Shown piece by piece: positions 29,004-39,129 of a stretch of DNA of 64,000 nucleotides. The DNA is from a bacterium (lineage in GTDB: Bacteria > SAR324 > NAC60-12): assembly GCA_965205865.1 (NCBI GenBank), contig CBDBHR010000030.1, positions 896,001-960,000 on the forward strand. Direction: 5' to 3'. Numbering within the stretch: the first letter of the stretch is position 1; every line of letters starts with the position of its first letter. The translations under genes were made by a program, and so were the position numbers. The notes beneath the pieces were generated by a model. It was not told the origin of the DNA. It searched no databases and saw only the letters and a program-made list of their open reading frames with translations.

Positions 29004-30006
29004 ACCGCACCCTCGGGTCCAGGAAAGCATATAACAGGTCGATGATGAGATTGATCACCAAAACCGCAGTAGCAAAAATCAGGTTTATTGCGGAGACTAC
29101 CGGATAGTCTCTGCTTTCGAGGGCATCCACCATGAGACGCCCGAGCCCCGGCAGGTTAAAGATGTTCTCCATGATCACGGCGCCCCCGATCAGGAGGGGG
29201 AGCTGCAGGCCGATCAAGGTCACGACTGGGATGAGCGCATTCTTGACGGTGTGCCGCACGACAACCACCCGCTCCCTGAGACCCTTCGACCACGCCGTCC
29301 TGATGTAGTCCTGCCGGAGCACCTCCAGCATCATGGTGCGCGTCATCCGCATGGTAGCGGCAGACATGGCTGTCCCCAGAATCACGGCCGGAATGAGGAA
29401 CATCCCAAGATTCCCCAGCGGGTCTTCCTTGAAGGGAATCAGCTCCATCGATGGCGACCAGCCCCACCAGATTGCCGGGTAGAGCATGACCATAAGTGCC
29501 AGCCAGAAGTTGGGCGCTGCCAGGCCGATGACGGCGACGGTGCGTCCCACATAGTCGGTGGCGGTATTGCGGCGAATCGCCGAGTAGATGCCGACGGGCA
29601 GGGCTATCAAGAACCCGATTACGATCGCCAGGAAACCAAGCTCAATGGTTATTGGCAATCTACCTATTATCATCTCGTCTATCGTAGAAAAACCGCCAAT
29701 CAGTGGTTTGCCAAGGGTGCCCTGGAGGAGACCTTTAAAGTGGGACTCACCGGTAATCCAGTCAGGGGTAGGCAACACTCCTATCCAGCGTCCATACTGC
29801 ACGTAGACCGGCACGTCCAGTCCCAGCATACGCTCGAGCCTTTCGCGGTTTATACCCTCACCCACGGCATGCCATGCTGACATCTCAACCATCAATACGT
29901 CTATGACATCGCCCGGGATGAAGCGTACCGAGAGAAAGACGATGATGGTCAATAGTAAGAGGGTGGGGATGATCAGCAATAACCGCCTGATGAGATAGGC
30001 TCTCAT
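28996..30006 (-). CDS. OppB-like ABC permease
   Basis: MRAYLIRRLL, QDYIRTAWSKGL, DPRVRY. Confidence 0.92.
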   Translation of the reverse strand: MRAYLIRRLLLIIPTLLLLTIIVFLSVRFIPGDVIDVLMVEMSAWHAVGEGINRERLERMLGLDVPVYVQYGRWIGVLPTPDWITGESHFKGLLQGTLGKPLIGGFSTIDEMIIGRLPITIELGFLAIVIGFLIALPVGIYSAIRRNTATDYVGRTVAVIGLAAPNFWLALMVMLYPAIWWGWSPSMELIPFKEDPLGNLGMFLIPAVILGTAMSAATMRMTRTMMLEVLRQDYIRTAWSKGLRERVVVVRHTVKNALIPVVTLIGLQLPLLIGGAVIMENIFNLPGLGRLMVDALESRDYPVVSAINLIFATAVLVINLIIDLLYAFLDPRVRYE

Positions 30007-30056
30007 CTCACACTCCTTATCAGTCGCAAGTTTAGCCCTATTCTCGTGTGTTCCCG

Positions 30057-30256
30057 CTTCCCGAATGCGGAACACGCGGACGGCCCCTTTCGCAAAGGGA
30101 GGCCACGGGGGATTTCAAAGGCTGTAAAATCCCCCCTTCCCGAATGCGGATCACGCGGACGGCCCCTTTCGCAAAGGGAGGCCACGGGGGATTTCAAAGG
30201 CTGTAAAATCCCCCCTTCCCGAATGCGGATCACGCGGACGACCCTTTTTCCAAGGG
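30057..30256. repeat. About 2.5 tandem copies of a 79-bp palindromic unit
   Basis: CCGAATGCGG recurs at 30061, 30140 and 30219; unit contains GGGGGATTT...AAATCCCCC and CCCTTT-CGC-AAAGGG hairpins. Confidence 0.9.
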
Positions 30257-30272
30257 TGATGCCCGTCAAGCA

Positions 30273-32111
30273 CTAATGCCCCATTGATTTCTTCAACTCC
30301 TGATCAATCCAGAGGCGGGCAAAGTGTGTATTACGTTCAGAGTATCCCAGACTCCATTCACCGGCATAACCCTCGACCCACGGCTGGCTCACGCTAAAAT
30401 GAGGGGATTGGGCTCTAACCAGGCCCCAGTGCTCCCTTACAGTTTTCTCATCGACCTGTCGATGATAGCTCATCCACTCCTCCGCTGTGGTAGCATTCGC
30501 CATGCCGGCCATCAGGGCGTCCATTTCCGGGTCTTTCGCTTTGCTCCAGCTCCAATTATACTTGGAGGGGGTAAGTACTATCGCATATACATACGTGCCG
30601 GGGACAGCTAGCGGATATGCCGCCCAATTACTCGTCACGAACTCCATCGTCTCCGCCTCGACGATAGGTAGCAACTCAGGGTCAGTAATCACAACCATCT
30701 CGCTATTAATGCCAATGGCGTCGAAGTACGCCAAGATGATTTCTGAATAGTCCTCGTCGTACCTCGCGAAATGGCCAAACTTGACCGTCATTCTATAGCC
30801 GTCGGCGCCACGTGGATATCCAGCCGCATCAAGGAGTTCCTCGGCCCTTTCCGGATTATAGGTATATTCTGCCTTAATCTCGTCGGGCCAGTCTTCATAT
30901 GGCCAGGCAAACCCTGTAGAAGATTGAGCTAAAAACCCATGAGGGCCTGCAATTCCCCAACCCTTAAAGAAGGTATCGGCAATTGTCTCGTGGTCCAGTG
31001 ACATCTGCAGTGCCTTGCGCACATTGACGTCGTCAAAGGGCGGCAGAGACTGGTTAAAAACATCACCTCCAAATGCACGATAAATGGGCCAGAACTCGAT
31101 TTCAGGGTTGGTCTTCTGGAGGCTGGTTATATGGTCGATATTGGATATTTGAGCGTCGCCGGTATTACTTATCATATCAATCCTACCCGTGCGCATTGCC
31201 GCCAGACGTGCTGAATCGTCTGGTATAAGGAGGGACCTTAACACGTCAATATAGGGCAGGCGGTTCTCCGGGAATTTTTCGTCGTAACCCCAGTAGTTGG
31301 GATTCTTCTCCCAGGTTGCCGAGCTGCCCTCGACGTGATCAGTCAGTCGATAGGGCCCGGTGCCGACCACGTTTCGCCAATCCGCATAGTCTCCGTATTT
31401 CTCGATTACCTCGGGGGCTAATATGTAATTAGCGTTGTGGGTCATAGCAAACAACAAATCGGGTTTAGGCTTCGCCAGCTTAAACTCAACCGTCCATTCG
31501 TCGGTGGCCGTTACCGATGATTCCTCTAGACCCTGAGTCATATATCCCAGGGGGCTGGGTCCGTCTTCGGTGAAATCGCCCTGACCCAAATAACGGTGAT
31601 AGTTAAATACCACATCATCGGCAGTCAGCTCCCGACCGTTCATCGGCGCCTTATCATGCCAGTAAACGCCCTGGCGGATGTGGAAGATGAACGTTGTGGC
31701 GTCGGGCATTTCCCAGCTTTCAGCCAGAGCCCCTCTGTACATCTCCGGGCCCGTATAAGTCCAGGCCAGGTCAACCACCTTTTCCCTGGATACTGCCCAG
31801 TCGCCGAAGGCTAGCTTCTCATTAACGCCACTGATGAAGTGAGGCCCCCAGCCACCAACCGAATACGGGTCAGTACTCTTAGGGAACTGCTTATGGGCCC
31901 AGGTGAGTGTCCCGCCATACTGTGGCGCAGTCCATGTCATGCCGGTGGCGGGGTCCGTCACATACTCCTGGGCTGCGGCCGGACTGACCCAAAAGGCGGC
32001 CACCATCAGGGTGAAGGTGAGCAACAAGGATTGCAATTTTGCAGCAGACCAAACGCCTGCCGGGTTCAGCCCCACGAGGGAGGCAACAAATTTCATTTTT
32101 TTCGTTTGCAT
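30273..32111 (-). CDS. ABC solute-binding protein, family 5 (SBP2)
   Basis: PQYGG, LAESW, GTGPY, PFDDVNVRKA. Confidence 0.92.
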   Translation of the reverse strand: MQTKKMKFVASLVGLNPAGVWSAAKLQSLLLTFTLMVAAFWVSPAAAQEYVTDPATGMTWTAPQYGGTLTWAHKQFPKSTDPYSVGGWGPHFISGVNEKLAFGDWAVSREKVVDLAWTYTGPEMYRGALAESWEMPDATTFIFHIRQGVYWHDKAPMNGRELTADDVVFNYHRYLGQGDFTEDGPSPLGYMTQGLEESSVTATDEWTVEFKLAKPKPDLLFAMTHNANYILAPEVIEKYGDYADWRNVVGTGPYRLTDHVEGSSATWEKNPNYWGYDEKFPENRLPYIDVLRSLLIPDDSARLAAMRTGRIDMISNTGDAQISNIDHITSLQKTNPEIEFWPIYRAFGGDVFNQSLPPFDDVNVRKALQMSLDHETIADTFFKGWGIAGPHGFLAQSSTGFAWPYEDWPDEIKAEYTYNPERAEELLDAAGYPRGADGYRMTVKFGHFARYDEDYSEIILAYFDAIGINSEMVVITDPELLPIVEAETMEFVTSNWAAYPLAVPGTYVYAIVLTPSKYNWSWSKAKDPEMDALMAGMANATTAEEWMSYHRQVDEKTVREHWGLVRAQSPHFSVSQPWVEGYAGEWSLGYSERNTHFARLWIDQELKKSMGH

Positions 32112-32295
32112 AACATTACTCCATATTACAAATTAATCATTCCCCACCTGCTTCACTCACTCGAGCGGGAAGCCTTCTCGGAGGACCCTTTCGAACTTTC
32201 CACTCCCGAGTCATTCAGATGGGATGAGCACAAGATTGCTCAGGAAGGTGATTTTTTTCATGTGATCGCTTTCCCAAACCATCTTACTAAAATAC

Positions 32296-32324
32296 AGTAT
32301 GCAGGAGGAGGAGGAAGATGTCAA
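32296..32324 (-). promoter_or_regulatory. Putative sigma70 promoter of the SBP2 operon
   Basis: TTGACA-N17-CATACT; identical copy at 38884-38912. Confidence 0.6.
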
Positions 32325-32547
32325 CTCCCTGAGTTAACTTTTTTTCAAAAAGCGTTGGCTTGCCGGGTGCGTGTTACCATCAAGATACTGATATTCTTGA
32401 TTATATTTAGAATCTCCTCCCTTTCTTTTTTTTGCCCCCTTCTTGATCTCCTTATACAAATGCCAGATTTTTCTTGATCTCTCAATAAAAAACACACTAA
32501 TGTGTAATTATGAGAGTAATATGGCAAATCATAAAATTGAGAAATGA

Positions 32548-32730
32548 ATGACAAAAAGAGAACTGGAAAAACGATTAAAGGAGGCTGGATTCGTCAAAAG
32601 AGGGGGTGGGAGACATGATATATGGATCAAACCTGGATTTCCTCCTATTCCAGGATATAGACATTAAGGGGATATTCCTCCGGGACTCAATACTATTTTT
32701 AAAAACGCGGGACTGAAGGGGGATCAATGA
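32548..32730 (+). pseudogene. hicA: HicA toxin with a premature stop
   Basis: MTKRELEKRLKEAGFVKRGGGRHDIW...RH*GDIPPG..TIFKNAGL; partner gene truncated after MKYYY. Confidence 0.75.
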
Positions 32731-32923
32731 AATATTACTATATTTTGTGGTTCCTCTTCCAATTTCATCGTCGCTCAAGGCCCCTGATTTGAGTGACGGA
32801 GTGTGGGTGAGGATGGGGTCACCCTTCATGTTCCTGAAAACGAAGCTGAAAAAGCAGTGACCGAGGCAGAAGAATTGTTAGGGGCTCTCCAAAAAATTCT
32901 AGAAAACAGCGAGCCATAAAAAA

Positions 32924-33047
32924 GTCTGACAAGAGGTTCCAGGCGATGTGAGGGGTGCGCTCTTTTCCAAAGTTTGTGCCAGCTTGTCAAGTGGTGTCTT
33001 TTCCATCGTTTTCCTTCCCCCTCACAAGCCCGAACTTTGCGTTCTAA
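32924..33047 (+). repeat. attC-like site
   Basis: GTCTGAC-AAGAGGTTCCAGGCGATGTGAGGGG...CCCCTCACAAGCCCGAACTTTGC-GTTCTAA. Confidence 0.65.
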
Positions 33048-33229
33048 ATCCTCAGCACTTTGAATGATCGGATAGAATTGACAGTTAAAAAGTTATATAG
33101 TCCATAAAAGAATACAAAGAAATTGATAAATATTCCCACCTTTATAAAAGATTTAAGGTAAGATAGAAGCGAATCTATAAAATTCTTTGTGCTCAACCTT
33201 TGAAACCTGTGAAACCTAAATGAAAAGAG

Positions 33230-33712
33230 GTGGAAATGAACTGGGAAACCATATGCGCAGATCCTAATTTAAAGGATTTGCCTTACAAAGTAGAACTTAA
33301 TGCAAAAGGTCAGATTATTATGAGTCCGGCAAAGCTGTATCATGGAAGATTTCAAAGTGAAATAGTTCATATTTTAAAGACTTTACTAACTGAGGGAGAA
33401 GTAGTTACCGAGTGCGCAATTAAGACAAGTGATAGCACGAAGGTAGCCGATGTAGCTTGGTTCTCTAAAGAAAGATGGGAACGAGTAAAAGATGAGTTCG
33501 ATGCTTCTATTGCCCCTGAAATATGTATCGAAATTATGTCTCACAGCAATACTCAAGAAGAATTAGAAAATAAAAAACGTCTCTATTTAGAAGCTGGAGC
33601 AAAGGAATTTTGGGTATGCAGTGAAGAAGGTAACATGCGATTTTATGATAAACAACGGGAATTAACCTTGTCTGATCTTGTCGCTCAATTTCCTCAGAAT
33701 GTTGATCAATGA
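33230..33712 (+). CDS. Uma2-family (PD-(D/E)xK) endonuclease, cassette-borne
   Basis: GQIIMSPA, KVADVAW, APEICIEIMS, YLEAGAKEFWV. Confidence 0.9.
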   Translation: MEMNWETICADPNLKDLPYKVELNAKGQIIMSPAKLYHGRFQSEIVHILKTLLTEGEVVTECAIKTSDSTKVADVAWFSKERWERVKDEFDASIAPEICIEIMSHSNTQEELENKKRLYLEAGAKEFWVCSEEGNMRFYDKQRELTLSDLVAQFPQNVDQ

Positions 33713-33764
33713 GGGTTGAGTTTATTTTCAAAACTGTTGAATTAGGGTAGAATGAAAAACAGTT

Positions 33765-33795
33765 TTAGAACAAGCTGCTCCAGTTGACCGCCAGC
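33765..33795 (+). repeat. Left arm of a truncated attC-like site
   Basis: TTAGAAC-AAGCTGCTCCAGTTGACCGCC; core is the exact complement of GTTCTAA at 33041. Confidence 0.6.
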
Positions 33796-34396
33796 AAATC
33801 TCTCCTTGAATACTTTGTTTGTTCTCTTTTATACTTTTAGCGCAACCATGACAACTCCTGCAAACTGCATATCCCACCCCCCGGCTTTATTTCAGGGCGT
33901 TATTGGGGGCTTTATTCCAACAGCGCCCAAAAACGAGATTATGCGAAATGCCGGAGTGCTTTGGGACAGAAAGAAGGGGAGGAACAAAAAAAAGATGGGG
34001 ATTGGCAAAAGGTGTTGGTGGCGTGTTTGCCGCAAGATCAAACACCTGCCTGGTTGTGTCCGGTTTGCCAAAAGTTTTTAATCCACAAGCCCCTGGACGA
34101 ATCTTCCCCTCTTGCCCACTCAGGAGATGCTCCTTTAAAAGTGACTCTCATTATCTAAGAAAAGAGAACTCCTCGTTGAGGGAAGAGGGAGACGTCTGCC
34201 CAAAAAACGCTGAAACGCCTGGAAGAGCCTTCTTGAAGGAAGAAAATGCCCAATGGAACAGAAATTTGCTTTAAAACACCGGTTCCCTCGAGGAAATAGG
34301 AGGTAATTTCCTTGCGATTTCAGCCAAAGGGAGTGACTGAATCTCCATAGCAAAGGAGAGGAAGAATCAACCCCTTCCCTTCGGACCCGCGGCTCC

Positions 34397-34476
34397 GTCC
34401 AACAAAAAGATGAAGCGGACTTTCCATCCTTGCTATTAGTGAAGGGAGTGGAAAGCCGCTTATCTAAACGTTAGCA
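34397..34476 (+). repeat. attC-like site (80 bp)
   Basis: GTCCAAC-AAAAAGATGAAGCGGACTTTCCA...TGGAAAGCCGCTTATCTAAAC-GTTAGCA; ATG follows at 34479. Confidence 0.8.
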
Positions 34477-34607
34477 CTATGAATAATCCAGGTCTAAAAA
34501 AAGGAATAGAAGCTCTGGGCTTGATTCTTTCCAATGATCCAATCTTGACGCAGCAGAAAAAACAGCGATTCTCAGGAAGGAAAAAGGGAGGGGCTCCTTT
34601 GGTGCGC

Positions 34608-35552
34608 TTACCAATTGAAAGGGTGGAGCAGTCGGGCCAGGAGGCCTCGTTTGCGTTTCCTCTTTGCAGCGCCATAACTGCCCTGGCCTCCGCGCATCCG
34701 GGGGTCGAGCAGATCCCTGAGGGCGTCACCGAACATGTTGAGGGAATAGACGGTAATCGTCAGGCAAAGCCCGGGCCAGAGCGCCAGCCAGGGCGCCTGC
34801 TCCATGTACTTGCGCCCTTCCCGGCTGAGCAGACTCCCCCAGCTGGGAATCCCGACGGGCAGCCCGTATCCGAGAAAGCTCAGCGAGGCCTCGGCAATGA
34901 TGACACCGCCAATGTTGATTGAGAAGATGATGAGGATCGGCGCCATGATATTGGGCAGGACATGCCGTATGAGGATTTGGCTCGTGGAGGTGCCCACGGC
35001 CCGGGCTGCCAGAAAATAGTCATTCTCCTTGACACCAATCACAGCCCCTCGGACGACTCGGGAACCCCCGATGCCTCCGGTGATGCCCAGCACCACGATG
35101 ATCTGGAGGAGCCCCTCTCCCACGATGGACATGATGGTCAACAAGATCAGCAGCCCCGGGAAGGCCATCCAGGCATCGACAAAGCGTTGCGCAGCCAGGT
35201 CCACTTTCCCTCCCAGGAATCCGGAAGTGACGCCGATCAGGACAGCGACGAGCACATTGAGCGTGGTCGCAGCCAGACCGACCAGCATGGAAACCCGAGC
35301 CCCGAAAATCAGACGGCTCAACAAGTCTCGCCCTATATGGTCGGTCCCCAGCGGATACTGGGCGGATGAGCCCGTCATCCGGTCTCTCAGGTGCATTTCA
35401 TCAAAGGGATAAGGCGCCAGCGCATCGGCAAAGATCGCCACCAGAATCAAGAGCAAGACGATCATCCCGCAGGCCGTCCCCAGGGGCTGCTCCTCGAGCA
35501 GCCTGATAAAGAATGCAGCCAGCCGTCCCCGTCGCTTGGGCTCATTATTCAT
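34608..35552 (-). CDS. OppC-like ABC permease
   Basis: GTDHIGRD, EASLSFLG, PSWG. Confidence 0.92.
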   Translation of the reverse strand: MNNEPKRRGRLAAFFIRLLEEQPLGTACGMIVLLLILVAIFADALAPYPFDEMHLRDRMTGSSAQYPLGTDHIGRDLLSRLIFGARVSMLVGLAATTLNVLVAVLIGVTSGFLGGKVDLAAQRFVDAWMAFPGLLILLTIMSIVGEGLLQIIVVLGITGGIGGSRVVRGAVIGVKENDYFLAARAVGTSTSQILIRHVLPNIMAPILIIFSINIGGVIIAEASLSFLGYGLPVGIPSWGSLLSREGRKYMEQAPWLALWPGLCLTITVYSLNMFGDALRDLLDPRMRGGQGSYGAAKRKRKRGLLARLLHPFNW

Positions 35553-36504
35553 ACCGCACCCTCGGGTCCAAGTAAGCATAAATCAGGTCGATCATGAGAT
35601 TGATTCCCACCACTGTAGTGGCGAAGAGCAGGTTGATTCCGGAGACCAGCGGGTAGTCTCGGATTTCGAGGGCATCCAGCATGAGCCTCCCTAACCCTGG
35701 CAGGACAAATATGTTCTCCATGATCACGGCGCCGCCGATCAGGATCGGCAACTGCAGACCGATCAGGGACACCACCGGGATGAGGGCATTTTTGATGGCG
35801 TGCCGGATTACCACGATCCGCTCCTTGAGCCCCTTGGACCAGGCGGTGCGGATATAGTCCTGCCGGAGCACCTCGAGCATCATGGTGCGGGTCATCCGCA
35901 TGGTGGCGGCCGCTGAGGCCGTCCCCAGAATCAGGCTGGGAATGAGGAACATGCCGAGATTGCCCAGCGGGTCTTCGGAGAAAGGAATCAGCTGCATCGG
36001 TGGCGACCAGGACCACCAGAGGGCCGGGTAGATCATGACCATCAAGCCCAGCCAGAAGTTCGGCGTGGCCAGGCCGATGATGGCGAAGGAGCGCCCCAGG
36101 TAGTCGGCGGCCGTATTCTGGCGAATCGCCGAGTAGATGCCCACCGGCAGCGCAATCAGGAATCCAATGACGAGGGCCAGGACGCCAAGCTCCAGGGTGA
36201 CGGGCAATCTGGCCAGGATCTGTTTCTCGATGGTGAAACCACCGAGCAGTGAGTCGCCCAGGGTGCCGTGCAGCAAAATACCGCCCACCCAGCGGCCATA
36301 CTGCACGTAGACCGGCACGTCCAAGCCTAACCTACGCTCAAGCGTTTCACGGTCGATGGGCCCACTCCCCATGTATGCCAAATCGCCCATCATGATGTCG
36401 ATGATGTCGCCCGGGATGAAGCGTACGGAGAGAAAGACAAGAATCGTCACGATGAACAGCGTGGGGATCATGAGCAGTATCCTCCTGGTGATATACGCGC
36501 TCAT
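35545..36504 (-). CDS. OppB-like ABC permease
   Basis: MSAYITRRIL, QDYIRTAWSKGL, DPRVRY. Confidence 0.92.
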   Translation of the reverse strand: MSAYITRRILLMIPTLFIVTILVFLSVRFIPGDIIDIMMGDLAYMGSGPIDRETLERRLGLDVPVYVQYGRWVGGILLHGTLGDSLLGGFTIEKQILARLPVTLELGVLALVIGFLIALPVGIYSAIRQNTAADYLGRSFAIIGLATPNFWLGLMVMIYPALWWSWSPPMQLIPFSEDPLGNLGMFLIPSLILGTASAAATMRMTRTMMLEVLRQDYIRTAWSKGLKERIVVIRHAIKNALIPVVSLIGLQLPILIGGAVIMENIFVLPGLGRLMLDALEIRDYPLVSGINLLFATTVVGINLMIDLIYAYLDPRVRYE

Positions 36505-36600
36505 TCCCCACACCTCATCGTTGTTCGGTTTAGATGGGACGGCGGCCCTCCGCCACCGTCCCACCATTCACTGTCTTGTTACTGCGTCTGAAGGCGGATA

Positions 36601-38703
36601 CTAGAAGCCCATCTCCTTCTTCAGATCTTGATCGATCCAGAGGCGGGCGAAGATGGGAAGTCGGTGCTGGCCCCCAAAGTGAACTTCTCCGTTATAACCT
36701 GTGACCCACGGCTGGAGCGCCATGTACTTTCCAGCTTTAGGACCCCATACATATGAATGCTTCTCTATCATGTACATATCTGCCTCTCTCGACAGCCTCT
36801 GCCGCTCTGCAATCGAGGTAGCGGATTCAGCGGCTTCAATCATGGCGTCCAACTCAGCGACCTTGAATCCGGGAACGTTCCAAATGGACGTCGAGTGACC
36901 TCCATGGCGTAGAACGTTTGCAGCACCAAAAGGAGCATTCCAGCCGGTAACCACCATAGCCATACCTCCATAGTCCCTTTCTGTAACCAGAGGGATAAAC
37001 TGAGGTCGGTCCATCGCCCTAATCTCTACATCAACGCCAATTGCCTTCAAGTATCCTGCGACTATCTCAGCGTACCCCAAATCTGCTTCACTGCTTTGGT
37101 TCAAGACTGTCTTGAATCTAACGCCGTCGGCGCCGCGTTTATATCCGGCCTCATCAAGCAACGCTTCTGCCCCTTCCGGGTCATACATATAGCCCTTCTT
37201 GACCTCGTCGGGCCACTCGTCAAACGGCGTGTAGTACCCTTTGAGAGCTTCCCCCACCATCCCCTGAGGTTGCCACTTTGCAGTGCCCTTGTAGTAGGTA
37301 TCGTTAATGGCCTTCAGGTTCAATGCCATCTGCGTCGCCTTGCGCACCCTGATGTCGTCAAAAGGCGGCTTGGTCGTGTTAAGGGCGAAAGAGTTTTCCG
37401 AACGATCCCACCACGGGATCAGCTCGATTTCAGGGTTGTTCTTCCGGAGGCTATCAAGCACGTCGGCCGACACGATATCAGAGACCCCAGCAGGGAAACC
37501 CAGGAAATCAATCTTACCCGAGCGCAGCCCCGCTATGCGTGTGGCTTCCTCCATGATGAAAAGGCCCACTAACTCGTCAGTGTAAGGTAAGCGGTTTTGC
37601 GGGTACTTTTCGTCGTAGCCCCAGTAGTCGGGATTCTTGGTGTGGGTGATAGACGTGCCTTGGACCCAGTCAGTCAGCTCATAGGGCCCAGTGCCGACGA
37701 AGTTCCTCCAATCCGAAATGTCGCCATGTTGCTTGATTACCTCGGGGGGCAATATAAACGACATATAGCCAAAGAAGATAATAGTCGGTGCAGCGAAGTT
37801 TGGCTCCTTCAGCTTAATAACAACCGTCCATTTGTCGGTGGCCGTTACCGATTCGATTCCTATACCCAGCAGTTGGGAAACGGGGCTAGGTTCGGTGAAG
37901 CCGCTGCCCAGGCCCAAGATTCGGTGATAGTTGTACTCGATATCTTGGGCAGTCAGCTCCCGACCGTTCATCGGTGCCTTATTATGCCAGCGAACGCCCT
38001 TGCGGATGTGGAAGATGAACGTTGTGTCGTCGGGCATTTCCCAGCTTTCAGCCAGTTGCCCTGCCGCGAACTCTAACGGGATGTACTGGCTCGAGAAGTC
38101 ATATTCGTCCCTATCTACTGCCCAATTGACAATAACTAGCTGGTCTGCAACGCCAGCCATGGCCAGTCCTGCGCTGCCGTACACAAGGGTATCAGCACTC
38201 GGTGGCTCCAGCATAGTGGCAAAGGTCAAAGTCCCGCCATACTCAGGTGCAGTCACCATTTTGCCAGTACTGGGGTCTTTAACCATTTTCTTCTCAGCCG
38301 CGACGGCTGAACTGACCCCGAGGGTGGCCACCATCAGGGTGAGGGTGAGCAACAAAGATTGCAGTTTTGCAGCAGACCAAACGCCTGCCGGGTTCAGCCC
38401 CACGAGGGAGGCAACAAGTTGCTTTATACTACGCATAGTGACCTCGTTTAATTGAGGGTGGAAAGAACGATTCACCCATGGGGCGAATCGGATTTTCGCA
38501 GCAGACACCGCGCCTGCCACGATCAGCCCCACGAGGGGGGCGAAAAGGTTCTTCAAAGCCATAGACACTCCTTTATAAGAGATTGAAAATAATTCACCCA
38601 ACCATTGAACGAATCGGATTTTTGCAGCAGACACGACGTCTGCCACGATCAACCCCACCAAAAGGGTGAGGCATAACGAAAACAATTTATTCGGTTTCAT
38701 CAT
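36601..38703 (-). CDS. ABC solute-binding protein, family 5 (SBP3), with three stacked leaders
   Basis: PEYGG, LAESW, GTGPY, PFDDIRVRKA; in-frame RBS+ATG at 38703, 38562 and 38436. Confidence 0.9.
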   Translation of the reverse strand: MMKPNKLFSLCLTLLVGLIVADVVSAAKIRFVQWLGELFSISYKGVSMALKNLFAPLVGLIVAGAVSAAKIRFAPWVNRSFHPQLNEVTMRSIKQLVASLVGLNPAGVWSAAKLQSLLLTLTLMVATLGVSSAVAAEKKMVKDPSTGKMVTAPEYGGTLTFATMLEPPSADTLVYGSAGLAMAGVADQLVIVNWAVDRDEYDFSSQYIPLEFAAGQLAESWEMPDDTTFIFHIRKGVRWHNKAPMNGRELTAQDIEYNYHRILGLGSGFTEPSPVSQLLGIGIESVTATDKWTVVIKLKEPNFAAPTIIFFGYMSFILPPEVIKQHGDISDWRNFVGTGPYELTDWVQGTSITHTKNPDYWGYDEKYPQNRLPYTDELVGLFIMEEATRIAGLRSGKIDFLGFPAGVSDIVSADVLDSLRKNNPEIELIPWWDRSENSFALNTTKPPFDDIRVRKATQMALNLKAINDTYYKGTAKWQPQGMVGEALKGYYTPFDEWPDEVKKGYMYDPEGAEALLDEAGYKRGADGVRFKTVLNQSSEADLGYAEIVAGYLKAIGVDVEIRAMDRPQFIPLVTERDYGGMAMVVTGWNAPFGAANVLRHGGHSTSIWNVPGFKVAELDAMIEAAESATSIAERQRLSREADMYMIEKHSYVWGPKAGKYMALQPWVTGYNGEVHFGGQHRLPIFARLWIDQDLKKEMGF

Positions 38704-39129
38704 ATTACTCCTATTACGGATTAATCATTCCCCACCTGCTTCCCTCACTCGAGCGGGAAGCCTTCTCGGAGGACCCTTTCGAACTTTCCACTGACGAGTC
38801 ATTCAGATGGGATGAGCACAAGATTGCTCAGGAAGGTGATTTTTTTCATGTGATCGCGTTCCCAAACCATCCTACTAAAATACAGTATGCAGGAGGAGGA
38901 GGAAGATGTCAATTCCCTGAGTTAACTTTTTTTCAAAAAGCGTTGGCTTGCCGGGTGCGTGTTACCATCAAGATACTGATATTAATGATTATTTTTAGAA
39001 TCTCCTCCCTTTCTTTTTTTTGCCCCCTTCTTGATCTCCTTATACAAATGCCAGATTTTTCTTGATCTCTCAATAAAACACACACTAATGTGTAATTATG
39101 AGAGTAATATGGCAAATCATAAAATTGAG
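38704..39129. repeat. Near-identical copy of 32112-32541 (SBP upstream region)
   Basis: Direct comparison shows only scattered substitutions over ~420 bp. Confidence 0.92.

Noticed and set aside
32112-32290. Glycine riboswitch
   Set aside because: Lacks the conserved GGAGA...CCGAAG and CTCTCAGG core segments.
27575-38455. Long antisense ORFs over the ABC and desaturase genes
   Set aside because: Shadow ORFs of GC-rich coding sequence, repeated across paralogues.
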